Part shown: positions 53,016 through 61,653 of the stretch, one piece after another
How positions within the stretch are numbered: position 1 is the first letter of the stretch
How the letters are laid out: each line of letters begins with the position of its first letter
IMG/VR virus record: IMGVR_UViG_3300032523_001141
Location: 1 to 64,000 of that record
Strand: one strand, 5' to 3'
DNA length: 64,000 nt
From: a virus
The notes under the pieces: generated by a model
What the model saw: the letters and a program-made list of their open reading frames with translations, nothing else
What the model was told of the DNA's origin: nothing
The model's database searches: none
Made by a program: the position numbers and the translations under genes

Positions 53016-56000
53016 TTATGCTGGCACTGCAACAGGCGGCGACCCGGGCGTAGTCGGCTCATGCGTCGTGTCGCTCATAAAATCAACCAATGCTGTGTCC
53101 ATGTCTTTAATTCTAATTGACCCTGTGATGGTTATCGGCTCTCTGCTTGGTTTTGTTCCGGCGCTCGCGGTGGTCGTGGCTACATCTTTTGTTCCACCCA
53201 ACCCGCCAGTTAGCAATTCGCTAATCGCGCTTACAGCGCCACTTGCCAGTTCTTTTCCAAAACCATCTGGTAATTTAAAGTTAGTGACCGTGATGTTTTC
53301 TATCTTTACGTCTTTAAATAAATTACCAACAGCGGCGGTGAGCCCAGCCGTTAGCTCGCCAAGAGCCCCGCTTGCGCCAGATAAACTGCCAGCTGCGCTA
53401 TTTATTTTTTGTTCTTCAGTAGCAGCATTTTTGGCAATGTCGGCGGCTGTATTTTCTCTACTTGTTACTCCCTTTTCTTCGTTTAAAACAACGTCTTTGG
53501 TGACATTTTCGGTAAACGCTTCAGGACTAGCTGTTGTTTCGTCTAATAATTGTTGTTGCTCTTTAGTTAACGTCTTGCCTTCTTTTTGCGCTGTTACTGC
53601 GGCGGCGAGATCGCCGCCAACTTTTCCCTCGTCAACAGCTCTGGTTAACGCAGTTAAACGTCCGGAGGAAGCGGCTTGAGAGGCAAAGCTGCCCGCGCCC
53701 ATTCGGCTAAATCCGCCCATGCTATTTACGTTGTGAGAAAATTGCGCCATAACTGCAATTTTCTCGGCTTGCGCTGCGTCAACGTTGTCGTCAGTAAGTG
53801 CGGCTTTAACTTCGTCAATATTACCGGAGTTGGTAATAAAGTTAGTTAAAGCTTCGGTAGACTTTGTTTTTCCAGCAAGATCAACGCCGTAACTCTCAAG
53901 TAATGTACTTGCGTTAATATTACCTTCGTCCATTTGGCGCCCGAGCTTGCCAATTGCGCCTATACGTTTTTTATCTTGATCGTCAATGCCGGCGTGCCAC
54001 GCGTCTGACCTATTAATCGCTTCGATAGCATTTGCGTTCGTAAGCTCGCCGGCTTGCACAATGCCCAAACCGCGCCTGTCGCTTTCACCTTGCAGGTCTT
54101 TGTGCGCAGCAAGCCGTTTAAATGCGGCTTGCGCTTCTTCGCTGTTTACATCTTGGAATACAGCAGCTGCCCCTGCCGCGCTGACGCCAGTTATGGTGCT
54201 ATACATCTGTTTGAACGCGTCGGTTGTTGTCCCATCTTTAGCAATAGTTGCCATACGCGTAACAAGCGCATCATCAGATACAAATTTATCTTTGCCTTCA
54301 AAGTTTTCCCCGGTGCCAGCAAAACGTTTTTTAAACTCGTCCATCCCGATTTTGCCTTCAGTCACTTCAGCTGCAAAATCAGCCTTTTCTTCTTCTGTGT
54401 TTATCGTGGCGCCGGCGTACTGTCCGCGGAGATCTGCAAACGCCGTTTCTAACCTCGGGTCATTTTCAGCTAAGCCGGTCATCACTTCTTTAGTTTGCTT
54501 TACAGAATCTATAGAACCCAAAACTTGCTCAAGCGCAGACGCCGAGCTGTCGCTGCCGAGCATGTCTGAAAAGCGCTGCAGCATATTGCTGCCGTCGTCG
54601 AGGTTGAACTCCAGCCCGGCGCGCGTTATGTTTCTGCGCCGTCGGCCCGAGCTAGCGGCCGCCGTGCGCGCATTAAGCCGCTGTTGCATTTCTGGCAGGC
54701 TTATATTGAACTCACCTTGCACAAAAGTGCCGGTCTCGGCGTATTGCTGCGCGGCATAATTTCGCGCTTCGGCCTCGTTTGCAAACATGCCCTCCCGCCC
54801 GATCAGCAATCTATTAGCCTCGGTCACGATGTCGGCCGGATCTGTAAGATCTTTGCGGTTTTCTTTTACGTAATCCATCATCGACGACCGCATAGCTGTG
54901 TACAGCGTATCTACACGTTCTTCGCCGGTCATGGTTGTATTTACGTCGTCAATAACGGCGCGAGAAAATCCGCTGCCCATAGTTTGCATTAAATTCAGCC
55001 GCTGCTCTTCGCTCATGTTCGGATCTTTTATCCGCTGCAGCAAATCAGCATTACCAGCAAAATTGTTCTCAATGTATTTCTTGTACTCAGCGCCTTGCGC
55101 GCCAGCTACAGCGCCCGCAAGAGGAATTAAATACTCTTGTGAATTTGGGTCACGCACCAGCGAGTCAAAATGCGAGGCTGATAACCCAGCTTGCTCGCGG
55201 AGCCTTCCAAAAAATTCACCCGGGCGGCGGGCGAACTCCTCCATAATGTTTACGGTGTCTGTGCCGTTGTTATACGTAGTTTCTCCGCGCTCTAACGCAG
55301 CTACCATTTCGGCAGCTTCGCTGTTTTTTAAATTTGGGTCTTCGGCGACGGCGCGGGCCATTGCGCCAAGATATTTTCCAGTCATAGACGCATCGCCGCG
55401 CATACCAGAATCCAGCGCTGCAAGAACGGCTTTATCAGCGTCGATGCGCCCGAAGCCCGGCGTAAACGCGCCGGTGTCTCGCATAGCCCGGCCCTGCTCC
55501 ATAGCGCTTATCGAGTTTTGGGCCGCCATTTCAGGCGTTAACCCGTATTGCTGCGCAAGCGCGCCGCCACGAGCAGACAGCCCCATGAGCGCCTCTAAAC
55601 TAACGCCGGAGTCGCGCGAAGCTAATTGTGTCCGGCGCATTAAATTTTCAATCTTGCCGGGGCTCATCGTCGTCATTGAGTTTTGCGTAAGCGCTTCCAT
55701 AGCCGCCATAAGCTGGCCCATCGGCGCGTTGCTAATACCGTTGTCGCCGAAGATTTGCCTAACGGAAGCGACAGCCTCGGTGTAACCCTTTAACGAGCTT
55801 GCCACCCGAGTAGCGTCTATTTTTCGGATGGCCTGTGAGCCGCCTGTTAATTTCTCTATGTCTTCAAGCGGCGAGTTATTTGCAATTGCATCTTGGATCT
55901 CTTTTGAAAACCCGCCAATAGTTTTACCGACGTCTGAGTCCGCCGCAGCGCCTGCCAGTTCTTTTTGGCGCGCGCTATCGCCCATCTTGCTAACACTTTG

Positions 56001-56678
56001 CGGTAGAAGCCCGCGGCGCGATAAGTCCGTCATCATGCCGCCAACGCGGCCAGCAGAAAAACCAGACACATCATTCAGGTCAGCGTCGGGGCCGTATAGA
56101 TTGCCATACAGCGCGTCTGAAAACTCAGTTAGCGACTCCCCGCTCATTGAGTCTGTCCCGTTAACACTGTCTGAACGGGAAAAGCCTACCTGATTTACAG
56201 CGCGCTGGAGTTGAACCGGATCTCCACGCCGCCCAAAAAATAAATCTTCGGAGGCCTGCGGCCCGATCAGCATTTCAGACATCATCATGCCGAACTGACT
56301 ATTTACAGTCCCAGCAAGATTGTTTAACTGCGCTGCGCCCATCTGACTTAACGGGCTGTTGTCAAACTTGTTACGGATGCCCTTAAACTGCTGGAACATG
56401 ATTCCGGTGCCGCGATCCCGCGCAGACTGCTCTGCCGTCCGGGACGCCTGCATGTACTTCGAGGACGCCATTTGGTCCATTACGCTTTGAGCCGGAAACT
56501 GCTCCGGAATAAAAGCGCCGCCCATAAACTGCTGCAGCATCGGCATGCCGAACTGCGCAAAAGCAAGATCTATTTGCGGGTTTCCGGTCCCGAGCGAGTT
56601 AAACATGGGCCGCGGAGTGCCCATTATCGGCTGCTGATTGCCGTAGCCTTGCATCGCTGGGTTAAACGGCTCAGCCAT
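53016..56678 (-). CDS. tape measure protein
   Basis: 1220 aa, Ala/Gly/Met-rich and helical; follows the frameshifting chaperone. Confidence 0.75.
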   Translation of the reverse strand: MAEPFNPAMQGYGNQQPIMGTPRPMFNSLGTGNPQIDLAFAQFGMPMLQQFMGGAFIPEQFPAQSVMDQMASSKYMQASRTAEQSARDRGTGIMFQQFKGIRNKFDNSPLSQMGAAQLNNLAGTVNSQFGMMMSEMLIGPQASEDLFFGRRGDPVQLQRAVNQVGFSRSDSVNGTDSMSGESLTEFSDALYGNLYGPDADLNDVSGFSAGRVGGMMTDLSRRGLLPQSVSKMGDSARQKELAGAAADSDVGKTIGGFSKEIQDAIANNSPLEDIEKLTGGSQAIRKIDATRVASSLKGYTEAVASVRQIFGDNGISNAPMGQLMAAMEALTQNSMTTMSPGKIENLMRRTQLASRDSGVSLEALMGLSARGGALAQQYGLTPEMAAQNSISAMEQGRAMRDTGAFTPGFGRIDADKAVLAALDSGMRGDASMTGKYLGAMARAVAEDPNLKNSEAAEMVAALERGETTYNNGTDTVNIMEEFARRPGEFFGRLREQAGLSASHFDSLVRDPNSQEYLIPLAGAVAGAQGAEYKKYIENNFAGNADLLQRIKDPNMSEEQRLNLMQTMGSGFSRAVIDDVNTTMTGEERVDTLYTAMRSSMMDYVKENRKDLTDPADIVTEANRLLIGREGMFANEAEARNYAAQQYAETGTFVQGEFNISLPEMQQRLNARTAAASSGRRRRNITRAGLEFNLDDGSNMLQRFSDMLGSDSSASALEQVLGSIDSVKQTKEVMTGLAENDPRLETAFADLRGQYAGATINTEEEKADFAAEVTEGKIGMDEFKKRFAGTGENFEGKDKFVSDDALVTRMATIAKDGTTTDAFKQMYSTITGVSAAGAAAVFQDVNSEEAQAAFKRLAAHKDLQGESDRRGLGIVQAGELTNANAIEAINRSDAWHAGIDDQDKKRIGAIGKLGRQMDEGNINASTLLESYGVDLAGKTKSTEALTNFITNSGNIDEVKAALTDDNVDAAQAEKIAVMAQFSHNVNSMGGFSRMGAGSFASQAASSGRLTALTRAVDEGKVGGDLAAAVTAQKEGKTLTKEQQQLLDETTASPEAFTENVTKDVVLNEEKGVTSRENTAADIAKNAATEEQKINSAAGSLSGASGALGELTAGLTAAVGNLFKDVKIENITVTNFKLPDGFGKELASGAVSAISELLTGGLGGTKDVATTTASAGTKPSREPITITGSIRIKDMDTALVDFMSDTTHEPTTPGSPPVAVPA

Positions 56679-56680
56679 AG

Positions 56681-57100
56681 TTAACTTCCCGCGTCTTTAA
56701 TTTCTTCTTCGGCCGGCGGTTGTTGGCTAGCGACCAGAGCCCGATATTGCGCTATTAAATGCCCGTATTTTCCGTCTATTGTATCGTTTTTACTCGACTT
56801 TTCCTCGACCTCAATCCACGGGAATATATTAGCCTGGATTTTCTCTAAGGCGGCTGCTGCCCGCGCTTTCATATTTTGCCAGCTATCCGCCTCCAAATTG
56901 CTGTGGCTAACGTAAGCTAGCCAGTGATTATGCGCCGCAGCAATTAACTTGCTGTCCTCTTGCCGCGCCATTTCACGAATAATTAAAACGTGCTTTACGC
57001 GCCACTTGCTGTCATAGGGATCGCATTTCGCGTAATCTATAGCGCCCGATGCAGCGGCCCGCACCATTAGCGCAGCGATTCGATCCCTCACCAAAAATTT
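56681..57100 (-). CDS. tail assembly chaperone -1 frameshift extension (gpGT-like)
   Basis: The -1 frame is open from the slippery site (KFLVRDRIAALMV...) to just before the tape measure gene. Confidence 0.65.
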   Translation of the reverse strand, partial: KFLVRDRIAALMVRAAASGAIDYAKCDPYDSKWRVKHVLIIREMARQEDSKLIAAAHNHWLAYVSHSNLEADSWQNMKARAAAALEKIQANIFPWIEVEEKSSKNDTIDGKYGHLIAQYRALVASQQPPAEEEIKDAGS

Positions 57101-58083
57101 GGCTCTAGCGCCATGGCCTCCAGTGCTTCGTATAGCCGCTGAAACTGCCGAAACTGATTGCAAACTAATCTTCGTGTAACCTCTATTTTTAACACGTCCA
57201 AAACTACGTAATTCCGCAAACGGGTCAAAGGATCTAACTCTTTATTGTCGGTTTTGTTTGGAAGCTCCACGCTAGCAACGTTTTCCAGTTCAGGCACGAG
57301 CGCGATTACTTTGTCGTCAACTACCACCGCTTCTATTGAACAAGCGAGCCTATACTCGAAAAAGCGCAGGAACCATTCTGTGTCGCTGCCGAATCCGTCG
57401 CGTTTCTGATCCAACAGCATTTGATGGTGGATTTGTCTGTTCTCTTCTGCTAGCATTCCGCGAAACTTAACGTTGTAACGCCCGCCCATAATTGAGTAAT
57501 TTTTATGCATTCGTGCGCCGCCAAGAATGCTGGCCACAAATATCTCTTTATCGACCTCAGTTGGATTACTTTCATATTTTTGCCGCATATCCCAGCTGCA
57601 ACGCGGGCAGAACGGCTCAATAACAGGCGCCAGTAAATTTACGGGCGGCTCGGGTGGTTCAGTCACAATTGGCGGGACGGGCTCCTCTGTTGCGCTCGCT
57701 TTGGTTTCTGCGGCCGCTTCTTGCGTGTCGGCGGATGCTGTCGCGCGGTCGTCAACTATTGCCGGCCCCGCATCCATTTCCGATACTTTCTCGTATAACT
57801 CGCGCATATTCGGCGACATGCCCGCTGTCTTCTTCGCTTTCTCCGCGCGTTCTTGTTCTGCTATAGCTTGTACTTTTGCAGCCGCGAGTTTCTGCTTTAT
57901 TAGCTCTACGTCTTTTTCGCTCATGGCGCTGGCGTCTACGTATAGCCCGGGGACTTTACTAGCCGGCGTACGTTCGTGAATACTGGCAAGCAACTCGCCC
58001 ATGTTCTCTGGAACTGGATCGCCTAGCTGCCACCCAAATTGCTGCAGCGTCTTTTTCGTCAGTTCCGACATATACTCGGCCAT
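57088..58083 (-). CDS. tail assembly chaperone (gpG-like) with CxxC
   Basis: AGGAG RBS; ends EPNFW* over A-AAT-TTT; upstream of tape measure. Confidence 0.65.
   Translation of the reverse strand: MAEYMSELTKKTLQQFGWQLGDPVPENMGELLASIHERTPASKVPGLYVDASAMSEKDVELIKQKLAAAKVQAIAEQERAEKAKKTAGMSPNMRELYEKVSEMDAGPAIVDDRATASADTQEAAAETKASATEEPVPPIVTEPPEPPVNLLAPVIEPFCPRCSWDMRQKYESNPTEVDKEIFVASILGGARMHKNYSIMGGRYNVKFRGMLAEENRQIHHQMLLDQKRDGFGSDTEWFLRFFEYRLACSIEAVVVDDKVIALVPELENVASVELPNKTDNKELDPLTRLRNYVVLDVLKIEVTRRLVCNQFRQFQRLYEALEAMALEPNFW
57094..57100 (-). promoter_or_regulatory. -1 programmed ribosomal frameshift heptamer A_AAT_TTT
   Basis: In-frame X_XXY_YYZ, one codon before the TGA. Confidence 0.7.
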
Positions 58084-58094
58084 CTTGGCTCCTT

Positions 58095-60932
58095 TTATTC
58101 AATGATCATGTATCCGTCATTAATCGTCTTTGTTTCAGAGTTTTTAAATTTGGGTGTTTTGTAAACGTCTGCCAGGTCGCCGGAGCCTGAGTTCCTGTCT
58201 TTGTCTCTAAATCCAGCGCCAGTTGCCTCGACGATTGTGAACTCTTGTTGCCTAAAAATTGGCTCGTCAAATTTCTTTTTGCCTGGGAATGGCCACGACT
58301 CCACGCCGTTACCGTCCAGCACAGACTTTTCTTTCCACGTCCCTGTGTTCTGGCCGGCAATGCGCGCATACTGCTGCCAGCGATCCTCGAATAACTCAAA
58401 GTCAGAATCAACGCGATAATCTTTATCAGACCGAAACGAGAAGCCGGCAATATCGAGTACTGTGTCATTGCCGGCTTGTTTTTCGCCGTACCACCTGTTT
58501 TCAAGCTTGGACTCGTATTCTTTTCTCGCGTAGTCCGGCAGCTTATTGCGTACGTAATCTGTAATCTTATTTGCCGCTTCCTGCAGCGCTTGGTGGCACT
58601 CGTCCTTACACGGCGCGACGAACATATCGCGACCTGTTACGGTGCCGTACGAATACAAGAACTCAGGCGCCATTAGGCCGCCAGTAGCGTAAATATCGCC
58701 TTCCACATATGTCGTGCCGGCCAGAACGTTTTCCTTGCCCGTAAACAGATTTCCGATTTGCGGCTCGTCAATATCTGCGCGGCTAAAGAAGTGCGAAATT
58801 TGGCCGTCCTTACCAACGTAATGCCGAATGTTATTTGAAACTGTTATTATGTCCGTTTCGCCCTTACCGGCGTCGAGCGTAATTGTTCCGGGTTTAATCC
58901 GACTCTCACCGCCGCCAGACCGTAGGTACACGTTCTGCGATTGCGCTACGACGTTGGAGTCTGGCGCCCGCAATACGATACCGCCAAAAGAAACCTCGTC
59001 TCCAGTTTTCGGACTTGCGAAATCCATAGATTCCGTACTAGCGCGGCTTTCAATAAGCACACCGCCGTTTTTTGTCTGGTCATTACCGGCCAGAATCATC
59101 ACGTCTTTTTCGGCTTTTATACGTACGCTCTTCTCGGTGGTGGAGATATCAATTGCGCCGTGGGCTCGGTGTATGATGTCGCGACCGGCCCACACTTGCG
59201 CGTTTTTGCCGGGCTTAAGCCAGACATCGCCCGGGGCTGAGATAATAATGCTGCCGGCACACATGCGAATCTCGGCGCCATAGCCGTCGCCGATAACAAT
59301 AGCGCCGTCTTCCAGTAAAGAAATAAACGACTCAGATTGATAAAACTTTTGATTTTTGTACCGGTGATCAATGTCAATGTTTTGGTGCCCGGGCTCAATT
59401 AAATACATTGAGCCCTTAAGCTTTGTGTAATCTGGCACTTGGTGGTTGTACTGTGCGTGCTGAAGCTCGCTTTGCTCCCACGTTTTGTAGTCTTTGTAGT
59501 GCCAATGAAACGGATGCAACCCGACGTAGTTAAATAAGTAACCGTGCAAGTCTAAAATGCCTGCGGCGCGCTGCATGTTCGGTAGGGCGTCAGTGGCTTC
59601 AATATCGCCTGTGATTTTGTGTTCTGGCCCGTCGCCTTCTTTTCCGGCAAATTTATAGTTGTCCTTTGAGTCGCCGACGCCGTTTTCTGGGCGCCGCATA
59701 CGCGCGGGTACCGGCAGCAATAAACGCTTGGCCAACGTAATGCCCTTAGCCGACGCAATAAAACGCCGGCCGTCCATTGCCGTATTGTCTTCAGATAGCC
59801 CGATCGGCGGGGAGTCTTCTTGGAAGTCTTGTGTGGGCTTAGGACTTCCCGGATTAGCTGTAACTTTTTCCGTGATTTGCGCGTTAACTATTGTTGACTC
59901 GTACGGCGCCGGCGGCTCTCCGCCTTTTTCAAGCTTGTAGACCCACCACTCAAGATCTTTTGGCGGGGCTGAAACGACAGTTCGGCCGCCCTGTCCGTAA
60001 TAGCCGTAAAACTGCTGTGTTCTGTGAAAAGGCTGGAGATTTTCGTATTTGTTTTCCCAATGCGCGTAATACGGCCGGCCGCCTGAGACCGCAAACGTAT
60101 TGTGCTCATATTCCTGAATAATATCTTGTCCGGGATTCAGCGCGCCCATCGCCTCCCACGGATACGGCGAATAACCTTGCGTATCGTTATATTCTGCCTC
60201 GTCCATGAACGCGTCACGTTCGTGACCGGCAGTCCACGTTTGCATGTTGTAGCCGCTGACACGTAATAACTGATCGTGATAAAAACCAAACACCCCTGTA
60301 AACTCATTTACGGCCATCTGGACCATAAAATCGTCAAGTGTGACTTTCAGCCCGGTAGTCGTAATTGCGCCCCACTCGCCGGCCTGTGTACCGTCGAAAG
60401 GTTTCCAGCAGCTGTAATTAGCAAGCCCGCCGCTATCTACCATGTTAAGATAGCGTTTTTGAGCTTCGTCTACGCGGTTTCTGGAAGCTTGCGTAATCCA
60501 GTCGTGAACAGATTCTCGGCCGACTGTCGCTGGCTCGGGCACTACACCAAAAATAAGCCCGTGCGGTTGCGTATTGTGCCTGTAAGCCAGCACTAAGGTG
60601 CCGGGAACATAGGCTTTAATTTCTACAGCGCCGATAGACGTCTGACTGGTGCCGCCTATTTCAGTGCAGATAATCGGCATTGTCCCGCGCTCAAACTGCA
60701 CGCGGTAGCAATTAGCTAACGGTGTGCCGTCTACGATCTCGCCAATGAGCAGCTGGCCGTTGTTGCCAAAGCTTGTGGCGTACGAAGTGTAACGACTGCG
60801 CGGGTCGGCAGTTGGCGTTAAATTACTTTCGTGAGCTGTCGAGCCGCCTTTGCTGCCTGCTACAGTCTCTAAGCGGTGCTCGCGCTCACCAGAGCCCGGC
60901 AAAGGCTCTGCGCGATTTCGTCTATCGAGCAT
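58095..60932 (-). CDS. central spike protein (gp5/VgrG/GpV-like)
   Basis: N-terminal OB-fold-like region (GEIVDG...YVPGTLVL...IFGVVP); beta-helix stretch FISLLEDGAIVIGDGYGAEIRMCAGSIIISAPGDVWLKPG. Confidence 0.65.
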   Translation of the reverse strand: MLDRRNRAEPLPGSGEREHRLETVAGSKGGSTAHESNLTPTADPRSRYTSYATSFGNNGQLLIGEIVDGTPLANCYRVQFERGTMPIICTEIGGTSQTSIGAVEIKAYVPGTLVLAYRHNTQPHGLIFGVVPEPATVGRESVHDWITQASRNRVDEAQKRYLNMVDSGGLANYSCWKPFDGTQAGEWGAITTTGLKVTLDDFMVQMAVNEFTGVFGFYHDQLLRVSGYNMQTWTAGHERDAFMDEAEYNDTQGYSPYPWEAMGALNPGQDIIQEYEHNTFAVSGGRPYYAHWENKYENLQPFHRTQQFYGYYGQGGRTVVSAPPKDLEWWVYKLEKGGEPPAPYESTIVNAQITEKVTANPGSPKPTQDFQEDSPPIGLSEDNTAMDGRRFIASAKGITLAKRLLLPVPARMRRPENGVGDSKDNYKFAGKEGDGPEHKITGDIEATDALPNMQRAAGILDLHGYLFNYVGLHPFHWHYKDYKTWEQSELQHAQYNHQVPDYTKLKGSMYLIEPGHQNIDIDHRYKNQKFYQSESFISLLEDGAIVIGDGYGAEIRMCAGSIIISAPGDVWLKPGKNAQVWAGRDIIHRAHGAIDISTTEKSVRIKAEKDVMILAGNDQTKNGGVLIESRASTESMDFASPKTGDEVSFGGIVLRAPDSNVVAQSQNVYLRSGGGESRIKPGTITLDAGKGETDIITVSNNIRHYVGKDGQISHFFSRADIDEPQIGNLFTGKENVLAGTTYVEGDIYATGGLMAPEFLYSYGTVTGRDMFVAPCKDECHQALQEAANKITDYVRNKLPDYARKEYESKLENRWYGEKQAGNDTVLDIAGFSFRSDKDYRVDSDFELFEDRWQQYARIAGQNTGTWKEKSVLDGNGVESWPFPGKKKFDEPIFRQQEFTIVEATGAGFRDKDRNSGSGDLADVYKTPKFKNSETKTINDGYMIIE

Positions 60933-60952
60933 TTTACAACCACTAGGGTCAG

Positions 60953-61023
60953 GTTATGGGCCGAAGCCCCGGGCATTACTGCCCAATACCATAAGCGGCG
61001 GCTGCGTTTTAAGCAACCGCCGC
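60953..61023 (-). ncRNA. putative structured intergenic RNA (three stacked hairpins, GUAA and UUCG tetraloops)
   Basis: GCGGCGGTTGC-7-GCAGCCGCCGC, then GGGCA-GTAA-TGCCC, then GGGC-TTCG-GCCC. Confidence 0.5.
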
Positions 61024-61061
61024 TCTTGGTTTTATTAATTAACGCGTAATTGCTTTTGTAA

Positions 61062-61613
61062 TTAAATCGTCGCCCCGCCGCCGCCTCCAGCTGCAGTACC
61101 GGGGGTCATGCCTGCGGCTGTTTCTTCGTACTTCAGCTCAAGGAAGACCATCTGCACCGTCTCCATGATTATGATATCTTGTGCCGATACGCTACCGCCT
61201 AGCGCTGTGATCTTCGGGTATTTGAGGGTGTAGGTAATCGTTTTGCTGCCGGCGATCGCACCGCCACCGATAGCGCACCCGCCCTTAGCCTTAAGTATAA
61301 TATCTGCACCCGTCGCTGCGCACAAAGGCCCATAGTTATCGATAAACGCTTTAAACGTACCTGAGCCGCCTACGACGCGCTCAAACGTGGCCGTACCGCG
61401 GCGGCGGCCACCGATGTAATAGACGTTTTGTCCAGGGGAGTTCTCCGGGCTGATCTCATAAACAAAGTTGATCGGCCGCTCAATGTTAAATTGCACACGC
61501 TGTACAATGGCGCCGACAGTGCCGTTAAGGTCCAGCGTGCAATTTTCAGCGGTAAATGCGCCGCCAATTGTCTGGTCTTTGGTTTCAAAAATATTTGCTC
61601 TATGTGCTGGCAT
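61062..61613 (-). CDS. tail tube protein
   Basis: Follows the sheath; 183 aa; RPINFVYEIS...YYIGG..RGTATFERVVG...IIIMETVQMVF. Confidence 0.75.
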   Translation of the reverse strand: MPAHRANIFETKDQTIGGAFTAENCTLDLNGTVGAIVQRVQFNIERPINFVYEISPENSPGQNVYYIGGRRRGTATFERVVGGSGTFKAFIDNYGPLCAATGADIILKAKGGCAIGGGAIAGSKTITYTLKYPKITALGGSVSAQDIIIMETVQMVFLELKYEETAAGMTPGTAAGGGGGATI

Positions 61614-61653
61614 GTTCTAGCTCCGTTGCTTTGTTGTTTGATTCGCCGTTAAA

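Noticed and set aside
53005-56193. Long plus-strand ORFs (224, 257, 295 aa) opposite the tape measure gene
   Set aside because: Ser/Ala/Pro-rich antisense artefacts of the real minus-strand gene
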